NCBI GenBank assembly: GCA_951406725.2
Contig: OX597830.1
Span: 4,650,001-4,714,000 of the forward strand
Origin: Octopus vulgaris
Lineage: Eukaryota
Direction: 5' to 3'
Length of the DNA stretch: 64,000 nt
The translations under genes and the position numbers were made by a program. The notes beneath the pieces were generated by a model. The model was not told the origin of the DNA. It did not search any database and saw only the letters and a program-made list of their open reading frames with translations. Of this stretch, positions 1 through 10,648 are shown piece by piece. Numbering within the stretch: position 1 is the stretch's first letter; every line of letters starts with the position of its first letter.

Positions 1-330
1 TTCATTGTCATCATCATCATCACCATCATCATCATTTAATGTCCATCTTTCATGCTGTCATGGATTGGACTGTTTGACAATCTGCTGGGCCCAAGGACCG
101 CATTACACTCCAGTGTTGGCTTTGGCGCAATTTTTCCACAGCTGGGTGCCCTTCCTAATGCCAACCACTTTACAGTGTGAACTGGGTACATTTATCATAC
201 CACCCAGCTCTCACGGGGGGCCACTTTACAGTGTGAACTGGGTGCATTTATCATGCCACTCAGATCTCATGGGGGCCACCATACAGTTTGCAAGACTACA
301 AACCCTGAAGGGGCAACATCATGCTATGAG
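1..330 (-). mobile_element. Degenerate RTE-type LINE 3' end / RTE-tailed short element
   Basis: (CAT)n followed by tttaatgtccatctttcatgctg...gggtgcccttcctaatgccaaccact, the same 3'-terminal motif as the RTE LINE at 10647-10830. Confidence 0.6.
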
Positions 331-2029
331 ATGAGGGGGTAAAAGATTGTAAAGTATGGTAGAAGGGGCCAGAGCTGATTGGTAGATTTTTTGCGGTTGC
401 TTGAGTGGCTGTGGAAAGCTGAAAATTAATCCTGGTGAGGTGTTAGTGACTGGCCGTCAAGATATGAGGTGTATAGAAATAGATGGAAGAGAGGGAGCAG
501 GAGTGAGTGGGGGGGGAGTAGATGACTAATAGTGTGGAACTGCTGGGTGAGAAGGACAAGGGATGATGATGCTGGATAAGTTGCAGGAGTGGGTGGGGAA
601 GGGAAGGGCCGGCAGGCGTTGTGCATGAGGAGGGGGAGGAGAGATAATTTGATGAGACTTGTTGAAGTAATTTACTACAGCCAGAGATCCTTTCTGATGC
701 TGAAGGGACACACACTGTCACCACTGAAGTGGCAGTGATAAGCAAAGATGAAAGGCATGCCAACACGCACAATATACACACATTTAGAACACACAAACAA
801 TCATTGCAATAAAAAGAAGTTTGTAAAACAGGTGTAACAGAAAGGGTATTAAGCCATAGATTACTATAACCTCATTAAGTTTTGTCTAATCTAAGCCAGC
901 ATATATATATATATATATATATCAAATGAGCTTCCATATAATTTTTATCAAGCAAATGGATTAGCAAGGCAGTAAAAGACTCACGGTGCCAGTCAGTGGA
1001 TTCAAATACCAAACTATACCAATACAAAATCATTTACATGAGTTGTAGTTGACATTAAAATAACCGCATAATTAATTAACAACAAATTATACCAATTAAC
1101 AGTGTCATAATTACAGTTACAGATGTAAGGAAGGTGAAGTCTGATAAAGACATGATGTTGCTAATACACTAAGTGAGGTCTGTGACACCTAAATCTTTGA
1201 AGTGGAATCTGGTCTAGGAAATAATTACATGAAGTCAGAGCATAAAGCTACTTATAGGACAATATGGAACTAAAATGTACCATTCTATGTATTTATCTAG
1301 TTATTTATTCCTTTATGCTAAAGAATCTACTTTTCTTTCTAGAATTTATGGCCTATTCCATTTTCCTCTGTTGCTTCTTTTATTTCCTTTGTGCAAAGAA
1401 TGATCTAAAAGCCATCTTTAACCTTCTTGCTTTCTATATGTGTGCAACTATTTCCATCTTTTAAATATTTTGTCTTCATGATTCCATACCTTTTACTAAT
1501 ATTTTGCAAAATCTACATTAACTGCGTAGATTTACTTAAAAGCTCTTTACTATTTGGTGGTGAGGAGATATACTGTAACAATTTAATACATTTGCTTGGG
1601 ATTATTTTATCAGATATCTAACACAGCCCAAACTGCATGTGTGTATGTGTGCGATCAGTCCATCCATCTGCCTATCCATCCATGTCTCTGTCTGTCCATC
1701 CATTTAGAATTTGTTATACAATGCCTGACTTATTTACAAATCTATAACGAAGACAATATATTCAACTAATCTACCTCCCTACATGCATACCAACCTTCCT
1801 TCCTGTCTACCTGCCTTTTATCTATTGTATGTGTTTCTACCCACCTATCCACCCGTTCCTTCACCAAACCATTCAACCTTAAACCATCCACTATAGTACA
1901 TACCTCATTCCCTCCATTCATCTGTTAATCGCACCAAATGTTGCTCTTTATTTCAAATATTGCTGAACATTACTCATGTAACAATCACAATGCTATTTAA
2001 ACAACCACAACTAAACATTCACATGATAC

Positions 2030-2139
2030 CTATTTCTGTTGTAAACAGTTTTAAATTGATTCTTCTGGAAACAGTCTGGTCAAAATGCAGAGGTTGACTG
2101 CTTTCAATACAGACCATTATTCCACTTTCCTCATCCAAC
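2030..2139 (-). CDS. Candidate coding exon of an unidentified minus-strand gene (LDEESGIMVCIESSQPLHFDQTVSRRINLKLFTTEI)
   Basis: tttcag acceptor and ag|gtatca donor; 110 nt; open and in phase with the candidate exon at 2291-2362. The polypyrimidine tract is weak and no homology was recognised. Confidence 0.3.
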
Positions 2140-2290
2140 CTGAAATTGTTGAGTGACTGGAATAGGCCTTTTTTTTTGTTTTTCTTTTTGTTACATATTG
2201 GTTAGTCAATAGAAAGGGGACAGCACTCATTACATTTCTTCGGGACCTTGAACACAAATGAGTGAAAGAATTTTATTCAGATTGAATTAC

Positions 2291-2362
2291 CTGGTCTGAA
2301 TATTTGGAACATAGTGATCTCCACGAACGGCACCCCATTGCTGGATAACATCATCTTCCCAG
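2291..2362 (-). CDS. Candidate 72-nt exon (WEDDVIQQWGAVRGDHYVPNIQT)
   Basis: (TG)n-cacag acceptor with an upstream tgtaac branch-like motif, ag|gtaatt donor, locally GC-richer unique sequence, open frame. Product not recognised. Confidence 0.4.
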
Positions 2363-2834
2363 CTGTGCACACACACACACACACACAAATGGTTACAACC
2401 AGTGCACAAAGGGGATTAATATACACATTAGTTTGCCTAAAAATAATATAATTGTTATAATCCTAAAATATTCAGTGTCCCACAAATTTTGGTGCACAAA
2501 TAAAAACAAGAAAGAATTAAAAACTGACATGGCACAAGAGTTTTGTGGATAAAAGCAACAAAAACTTAGAGGGTAACATCAGAAGGTGGCAGAGTTAGAC
2601 AAACTGATGGATTGGATCTAATAATAAAGACCAGGGTTGATCCCAGCCATGGGTTTCTGTAGTTTTCATCTATAAAATATATAACAAACAGCAACAGTCG
2701 CCTGCCATTGTTGTTTTTTCTTTTTTTGGCTGTTTGTGTCGTCCATTAAAATGGTTGCTTCTGTTGGCATAACACTTGCCACTGTTGCAACTTTATGCTT
2801 CTCTACCTCCACCTGTTTATTTCCTTATATATAT

Positions 2835-3165
2835 ATTCTTCTTCTTCTTTAGATGTCATGTCCAGAATGTAGGACCACAATCCTCTGTTCTTTGTTTTCT
2901 GTAACACTTCCACTTCTTCCTGACGGTTAATGCCTCTTCCTTCCAACCAGTTCATCAAGCGTGACAGCCAATATCATCCTTCTATTTCCGCTGCTTCCCT
3001 TCAGTCTTTCCACTCATCACTAAATTCTCCAGGGCCTCTTTCCTCATTGCATAACCAATAAATCTAAGTTGCTTGGCCCTTATCTCACAAAACACTTTCC
3101 TATTTCCAGCAGCCTGAATCATCATTTTTTCATTAGACACTTTTTATGTCCATGCCATTCTCAAT
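2835..3165 (-). mobile_element. Decayed RTE (BovB-like) LINE 3' fragment
   Basis: Minus strand translates LRMAWT*KVSNEKMMIQAAGNRKVFCEIRAKQLRFIGYAMRKEALENLVMSGKTEGK, the typical RTE ORF C-terminus, followed by a (GAA)n tail. Confidence 0.8.
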
Positions 3166-4602
3166 AAATAAATACACACACAAACATACATGTTTGTAAT
3201 GTCTTTTCCTCGTCTTACCTCATTCTCCCCCCCCCCTATTTATCTTATTATTTGTTATTGTATGACCGTACAAACGGTGTATATAAGGGAACATCTCAAC
3301 TGAAGTGTTGTATTTTCTGCTGACTCCTTGCAACACATGTATATTAAAACATAAAAATACCAAAAATATTCTTATGCTGTCACTAGGAATCTGCATTTTA
3401 GCCTGTCCTCTGATGGTTGAATTGATAATGTGTAGAATATAGGAGTTTTATATGGGGTCAATTACTGGTCCCTAAACTCAATTGGTAACATATCATGCAT
3501 GATAGCATTCAGTTAATTATGTGTGTGTGTGTGTGTCTATTTGTGACAGTAACATGGCATAGGAAGGATAAGAGAAAGCGTACAAAAAAAAGCATCACAA
3601 GGATGGGACACAAAGTGCGATTGGTGTTTATTCTAAAGTTTGTCTCAGCCAAGAACAAAAAGTTGGGAAGATTTTTGCAGACAGTGGATGATAGATAAAA
3701 TATTTTTTATAAATCACTGTGAAGGCAAATCACCTGAATATTAATTATCAGATTATATAAGATTAACAATTCCCCCATCTTGCCGTGTTATCGTTACAAA
3801 AGAAAAGCACTGGTTGTCATTGTATTATTTGCATTGCTTAAAGCTCCTTTGATGGAATCGATTCCTTTTGTAGTTGTGTAATTAGATTGTTAGGCTAATA
3901 AAAGTGTCCTTTAGATGTGTTGAGTTCTGTTGGTATACTTCCAGCAATCACATTAGACGCCATTAAAGAAATCAACATTATTGTTATTATTATCATCATT
4001 ATTATTATTATTAATCTCTAACACTGTTTCCTTCATTTTGAGAAATCATCAAAATTTCTTCAAATCAAATTATTTTATTGCTGAATCATTGCTATTTTCT
4101 CGTTAGCATCTTGTCTTTGAATATCACTATGATCTGTCTTAAATGCAATTAATCTAATTACCGATGCTCTTACTTGTGCCAGCAGTGGTGCTATTTATTA
4201 TTTATTCTTGTTGTTGTTGTTGTCATTGTTTGATGTAATGATAAGGATTTCTGTGGCTTGGTTTTGACATCTTCGTGTAGAAGCTTTTGTCACTGAGAGA
4301 ATGTCTTCTGGGAAATTTATAAATATCACACTGATTCCATTATATTAAAGCTAATTAAGGACTCGATACTGTTGCTGTTAGTATTGCTGCTGTTGTTGTT
4401 AGTGGATTGTTAGGATCAGTAGAGCAACAGACAGAATACCTTGTCATATTTGATCTGATTCTTCACCTTGTAAGTTCAAATCTCACCAATGTTAAATTTG
4501 CTTTTTATCCATCCAAGATCAACAAAGTGAAGTACCAGATGACTTTTGGGGTTTGATGCAAGTCACTAACTCACTCCCATCAAAATTGCTAAATTAGAGA
4601 CA

Positions 4603-4780
4603 GTTGTTGTTGTTATTTAGTCCCAGGTCAACCCTGAATGAAACAAATTTATAACCAAAGGCATTCCAGCCGTGGCTATCATGTTTAGTTTTGTACTTCC
4701 CAAGCAGTAGACAACATTTTTATTGTGTCCTTTCTTTTTTTAAGACAGAGTGAATGTGAGGGATACCTGGTTGCTATTTC
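4603..4780 (-). mobile_element. SINE-like family C copy with (AAC)n tail
   Basis: Similar to 19175-19270, 46190-46350 and 62060-62270 (gaaatagca..ccaaat...ggctggaatgcctttg...gacctgggactaaa-caacaacaac). Confidence 0.45.
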
Positions 4781-5546
4781 TAATTTTTTCCACTGGTTTT
4801 TTTTATATTTACAAGTAGATGTTCCTTAATCCAAATACTGCATCATATTGATAATCAACAGGTATAAATACTCAGAACAATAAGATTTTCATTACCCTAC
4901 CTATAGTGGTGAGGTTAAAGCTTGTACTATGTGGGGTGGTCCTTAAATTTTATCCCCAACAATCTTACTGAAAAACACATCATAGTACACATTAATAATG
5001 CCACCCCCAACAAAAAACATGTCAGCCGGGAGAAACAGTAACCCTTCTCCTCTTTAGTAGGTACTCTAGTATCTACTTGGATGGATTCTGCTGAACTGGA
5101 TTTAGGGGCTACTATGATGGTTATGATGGTTACTGGAATTAAAAAACAAGGGAATACATGTTCTTTGTAGAATGAAACCAGCAGGTAATAGCTGTCAATG
5201 TGTGAGAAATTAACCATCCATTGTGAACTTGCATCAGTAATATAATAATATAATAATATGCATCTGCTATATAATAGCATATAAAATGAATTTAACAGCT
5301 ATGGTTAGCAAATCAAGCAATCCAGCAGAGATGCATTCGTGTGATAATTTAAACGACTGAGATGTAATCAATATATCAACTGCATTAGATATCACATGCC
5401 TCTAGATCTGTTGTAACAACATTATAGGCACACGAGGCCCTTACACAACTACAGCATAAATTAGTAGCAAGTGAGACCATTTAGTCTCATGTCCTATTCC
5501 CCTCCCCCAGTAACTGCCCCATGTGCCTGTGTCTCACTCTATACCA

Positions 5547-5780
5547 ATTTCTTTACTACCCACAAGGAGCTAAACACAGAGAGGACAAACAAGGACAGAC
5601 AAACGGATTAAGTCGACTATACCGACCCCAGTGCATAACTGGTACTTGATTTATCGACCCCAAAAGGATTTAAAGGCAAAGTCGATCTCGGCGGAATTTG
5701 AACTCAGAATGTAATGGCGGAGGAAATACCGTAAAGCATTTCGGCCAGCGTGCTAACGTTTCTGCCAGCTCTCCACCTTA
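5547..5780 (-). mobile_element. tRNA-derived SINE family A, full length with TSD
   Basis: Reverse complement of gagctggcagaaacgttagc...gagttcaaattccgccgag...ggggtcgataaa..gtaccag. Flanked by a 17-bp direct repeat tgtctcact(c/g)tata(c/g)ca at 5530-5546 and 5781-5797. Confidence 0.85.
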
Positions 5781-6767
5781 TGTCTCACTGTATAGCACCA
5801 TAGTGTTGAGAGCTATAATGTATACTCAGACATGAAGTGATTTCTGGTAGACAAGCTATGTACTCCTTGATCTGTTTGCCCAATATCCTCCATAACTGAC
5901 AATTCCTTCTCTTTTAACAGAAAGTCACATCTGATATTAATTTCTTTCTTCATTTGAAATGTTTTATATTAAATTTCAAAGATGTCACCAATGAGATTAT
6001 CTATCAAAAGGAAATATATTTACAGGAATTAAAAAGGCAACTGTACTCTTTCAATTTCTTCTTATGCAGCTAAATACATTTCTTAATATAAATTTCTAAA
6101 TCACAAACTGTAGCAAAACCTCTTTCTTTTTATATATATTTTTGGCTTATTTATTTCTTTAAACTCTTAACTCAATCTTATTGCTTTTGGCTCTAAAGCA
6201 CAGCATCACGAGGATTCAAAATCTTTGACCAATGTATAACATTTATTAGACATCAACAAAAGACAAACAGATATATATATGAACACACACACGTACACAC
6301 ACAAATGAAATGCACACATACACACTCACATACATATAAGCAGTTATGCACATAAGTATGTGTGTGTGTGTGTGTGTATACATATACATGTATGTACATA
6401 AAAGTGTGTGCGTGAGTGTGTTTATGTGTCTGAATAACCTCATTCACACATGCACAGATCACACACCTTCCACACAAACTAAACTCATTGGAAACCTAGA
6501 AGCTGGAGGAAGAGAATCAAGGCTGACCAAATTATGAATGCTGCTGCGTTCTATCCTCTTATTAGTCTGTTTAATCTAGTGTGTCTTTAGTCATTTTTAG
6601 TGGAAATGTAGAATTCCAAAGAGTTCACAGCAAATTCTTATCCAAAATTTAAATGGCTTCAAGATACGAAGAAGATGCAACTGAAATTGTGAAAACTGGA
6701 AATTTAATAATTCTTTGAATACATCACAAAGTATATAGAGACATTAATCTTATGAGTAATATAGACA

Positions 6768-6800
<33 letters not shown>

Positions 6801-7111
6801 GACTTTTATATCATCGTATGGCAAGTTGTATTTAACTATCAACAGGTATTATATATACACACAGCTTTCATACATGTACACATACATTTATATACATGTT
6901 TGTGTCTGTGTCTATCTCACTTTGCATATATATATACACACATTTATGAATTTATGTTGCAGATTCCTAATGTGAAGTCGTGTGTTGAAACAGATATTGT
7001 TGTATTTTGGGATGGTCATTTTTTTTTTTGTCAAATAAGCACACTCATTTATTACATCATAGAAGATCAGAATGGAAAAAGCAGAGCAAGAGCACACATG
7101 AAGAGGAAAAG

Positions 7112-7156
7112 TGTCACTGAGGAGGTCACAGATGTGTGACAAAAGAATTCCAGACA
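7112..7156 (+). ncRNA. Degenerate minimal hammerhead ribozyme motif
   Basis: tgtca-CTGAGGA-G-GTCACA gatg TGTGAC-AAAA-gaattcc-agaca: CUGANGA core, perfect 6-bp stem II, GAAA mutated to AAAA, tgtc/gaca stem I. Confidence 0.45.
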
Positions 7157-7309
7157 ATGGACATGGGCTAGAATAAGAACAATAATAAACGAATAAAGAA
7201 GGAATATATAGCGCGTGTATTTATTTGGCAAAAAAAAACAAACAAAAGAAATTACATTATTTACATTATTTATATTTGACGAATATTTGTCCTCATCTTG
7301 TTTGTTGTT

Positions 7310-7350
7310 AACACAACATTTCGGCTGATATACTCTCCAGCCTTCATCAG
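7310..7350 (-). ncRNA. Minimal type I hammerhead ribozyme motif (stem I 5' strand deleted)
   Basis: Minus strand CTGATGA-A-GGCTG gagagtatat CAGCC-GAAA-TG-TT-GTGTT: both core boxes are intact and stem II has 5 bp. Confidence 0.6.
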
Positions 7351-7574
7351 GGGAAATTTTGAACCTGGGTTCTCATTCCTAAGGTATTTTTCAATATTAT
7401 TATTATTATTGTTATTGCTCAGGTCACTGCTTGGAATCGAACTTCGTAGCCTGTTCTCTTAACCACTATACCATATGCCCACAGGCAGTTATGGAGTGAA
7501 TTTTGGGGCTTATAAATCTTATATTTTTCTAATCCTTTCTATGAGCCCCAAAATTCACTCCATAATTACCCACA

Positions 7575-7646
7575 GGCATATGGTGTAGCGGTTAAGAGTG
7601 CAAGATACTAACCCCAAGATTCTGAGTTCGATTCCAAGCAGTGACC
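7575..7646 (+). promoter_or_regulatory. tRNA-derived Pol III head (A box / B box)
   Basis: A-box-like TGGTGTAGCGG (7581-7591) and B-box GAGTTCGATTCC (7624-7635) at tRNA spacing. An internally deleted mirror copy lies on the minus strand at about 7423-7480. Confidence 0.65.
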
Positions 7647-7745
7647 TGAACAGCAACAACAACAACTCCAACAACAACAATAATAATAATAATAACATCG
7701 AAAAATACCTTAGGTATGAGAACCCAGGTTCGAAATTTCCCCCAA

Positions 7746-7791
7746 GACACTTGAAGAAGGCTGGAGGGTACATCAGCCAAAACGTTGTGTT
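7746..7791 (+). ncRNA. Minimal type I hammerhead ribozyme motif (two core substitutions)
   Basis: GACAC-TTGAAGA-A-GGCTG gagggtacat CAGCC-AAAA-CG-TT-GTGTT: stem I gacac/gtgtt, stem II ggctg/cagcc, palindromic ACGT stem III. C3>T and G12>A relative to the consensus. Confidence 0.6.
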
Positions 7792-8184
7792 AACAACAAA
7801 CAAGACGAGGACAAATATCTATCAAATGTAAATGATGTAAATAATTCCTCCTCTCTTAAATATCGAACTGAATTAAAAAGAAAGATTACCATCCCGAAAT
7901 ACAACAATAAATATATTCCTATGCACATAATATATGTATATATTTTGGGTTTTAGTTGTTTTAGTCATTGGACAGCAGCCATGCAAAAGCATCACCTTGA
8001 AGGATTTGGTCAAAGAAATTGACCCCAGTTCTTATATTTAAGCTTGCTACTTATTCCATTAGTCTCTTTTGCCAATCTGCTGAGTTACAAGGTTGTAAAT
8101 ATATCAACAATATTCGTCAAGCAGTGTGCAGTGGGGAATGAACACACACACACACACACACACACAATTATATGCACATATATA

Positions 8185-8227
<43 letters not shown>

Positions 8228-8503
8228 GTACATATGTATGTATGTGTGTGTGTGTATACACATACACACAGACACGTGTGTGTAGATATAAATGTATATA
8301 TACATACATGCACATATTTGTGTGTTTGTGTTTGCATGAGGTTGTTTTTTTCTTCTGTGTGTGTGTGTGTATAGATGTGCAGAAATGTATGTATATTTGA
8401 TATATGTATAATATATATTATGTATTTTATATGCATGCACTGATGGAAGTATTAAATATAGATCAATTGAGGAACATGAAGAAATATGTGTGTGTAATAT
8501 ATG

Positions 8504-8537
<34 letters not shown>

Positions 8538-8991
8538 ACTACACATTAAAAAGCATCACAAAATTTCTAAAAATAAATTTTATGAAAAAATTGCTTTAAT
8601 GTAATTTTAGATGCTAAGATTAATCGATTGGAATCGATCATGCTTAATATGAGATGGAAAATTCAATGCAAAATATCTCGAAAATGACATATTCTGACCT
8701 GAAACGAGAAAGCAAGTTGGCTAAATTTCATCTGAACTAACATTAACCTTTGCAAATTGAGTGAGATGATATCTTGCAATGAGACACCGATATTCTAATT
8801 TTCTGCCTCAGTCTGACACACTGATATTAGTCGTGTTCTAAATGCTTTGACAGAATTTTAATCCCTTGTTTTCATTTCCTTTAGATATGACAAGAACATT
8901 CTAGCTAAAATGGTGGTTAAAGATTTTGAAAGCAAGTGAATTGCAAAAATGCATCCATACACCCACTCATAAATGAATGTGTGTGTGTGTG

Positions 8992-9026
<35 letters not shown>

Positions 9027-9027
9027 T

Positions 9028-9062
<35 letters not shown>

Positions 9063-9651
9063 CTACATACATGTAGCTGTCCAAGAGCCCATCAGGAAAA
9101 AATGCACTTGTATATCTGTCAATAGAGTGGATATATTAATCGAAGTGTACAGTATTATATCTCCACCACGGCTGCTCTTACCAATCAGTTTCATACTAGG
9201 GTTTCAATGGAAAGTCAGGTAATGGTCCAATTATGTAGTTCTGCACTCTTCAGAGGTAGATTCTATGGAATGAATTATGGTGACTGTTCTCTATTAAAGT
9301 GTTACCTAACACTCCATTGAACAACTAGTATGAAACCACTTGGTAAGATTGGCTGCTTTTGATTAATACACATCAATTAACATATATATATTCACACACA
9401 CACACACACACACACATATTTCTGTGCATTTGGACATACATTTAGTGGGGAAAGGTATACACGAAAATTCTTCAAATGCTATTAATTTCAACTTTGACAT
9501 TCAGCTTTCCAAGCAGGGTGAAGTATCAGTAATATACTTGGGTCTCCTGCGTAAACTACATCCTCAGCTCTATTTTCTGATCAAAGAGCTGTGTATATAC
9601 ATAGATATATGTGTGTATGTGTGTGTGTGTGTGTATGTGTATATATATATT

Positions 9652-9931
9652 TATTCTTTTACTTGTTTCAGTCAAACAAATCAACCCCAGAACTTATTCT
9701 TTCTAAGCGTTGTACTTAAGCACACCAACATTGGTGTCAAGTGATGGTGGTGGGACAAACACTAACACACAAACATATATATATACACAACAGGCTTCCT
9801 TCAGTTTCAGTCTACCAAATCCACTTACAAGTCTTGAGGCTATAGTAGGCAACACTTGCCCAAGGTGCCAAGCAATGCGACTGAACCCAGAACCATGTGG
9901 TTGGGAAGCAAGCTTCTTACCACACAGCCAC
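9652..9931 (-). mobile_element. tRNA-derived SINE family B copy
   Basis: Minus strand gtggctgtgtggtaagaagcttgcttcccaaccacatggttctgggttcagtc...accttgggcaagtgt...; same family at 10288, 16318, 39335, 45410 and 53862. Confidence 0.75.
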
Positions 9932-10251
9932 ACACATATATGTATGTATATCACATGATCAATCAGACTGTTGGTTGCTGTTGTACATCGCTGGTCACAA
10001 TGCGCTTTGAATCATTTTAGCTTTTGAATTAAGCCATTCCACTGACTCGGCGACCATGCCAATATTCCCCTCTGATTTGAAGGCTTGTCTATTTACAACT
10101 GAGTGAACTTGAGCCTCAGGCCAGCCAAAGCCTTATGAGTGGATTTGGTAGACGGAAACTGAAAGAAGCCCGTTGTATATATAAATAAATATATATATAT
10201 ATTATAAAAATACATATATATATTATGAAAATATATATATATATATATTAT

Positions 10252-10287
<36 letters not shown>

Positions 10288-10290
<3 letters not shown>

Positions 10291-10585
10291 CTCCTTTACT
10301 TGTTTCAGTCATTTAACTGCAGCCATGCTGGAGCACTGCTTTTAGTCGAGCAAATCGACCCCATAGCTTATTCTTTGTAAACCTAGTACTTATTCTATCG
10401 GCCTCTTTTGCCGAAGCGCCAAGTTATGAGGATGCAAACACACCAGCATCGGTTGTCAGGCGAAGTTGAGGGGACAAACACAGACACACAAACATACACA
10501 TGCACACACACACACACACATATATGACAGCCTTTTTTTCAGTTTCTGTCTACCAAATCCACTCACAAGGCTTTGGTTGGCCTGA
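10288..10585 (-). mobile_element. SINE family B copy lacking its head, adjacent to the RTE LINE tail
   Basis: tttacttgtttcagtcatttaactgcagccatgctggagca...gtctaccaaatccactcacaaggctttggttggcctgag, then abruptly (TA)n and the LINE. Confidence 0.8.
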
Positions 10586-10597
10586 GAAATATATACA

Positions 10598-10646
<49 letters not shown>

Positions 10647-10648
<2 letters not shown>

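Larger units (their letters stand above)
6955..7909. mobile_element. Nested fold-back element, Penelope-like/retrozyme-like, with tRNA heads and hammerhead motifs
   Basis: Outer inverted repeat 6995-7029 / 7875-7909; inner inverted arms 7256-7514 / 7540-7845 with a ~25-nt loop. Each inner arm reads tRNA-like head, (AAT/AAC)n, hammerhead motif. Confidence 0.7.

Noticed and set aside
1490-1617. Next exon of the minus-strand gene candidate
   Set aside because: The required phase gives an immediate stop, and the other frames also close.
4927-5280. 117-aa minus-strand ORF with a hydrophobic C-terminal stretch
   Set aside because: No recognisable domain and it cannot be tied to the other exon candidates; plausible by chance.
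7575-7646. Functional tRNA gene
   Set aside because: The acceptor and anticodon stems pair poorly, the mirror copy is internally deleted, and it is embedded in a repeat; treated as a SINE-type head.
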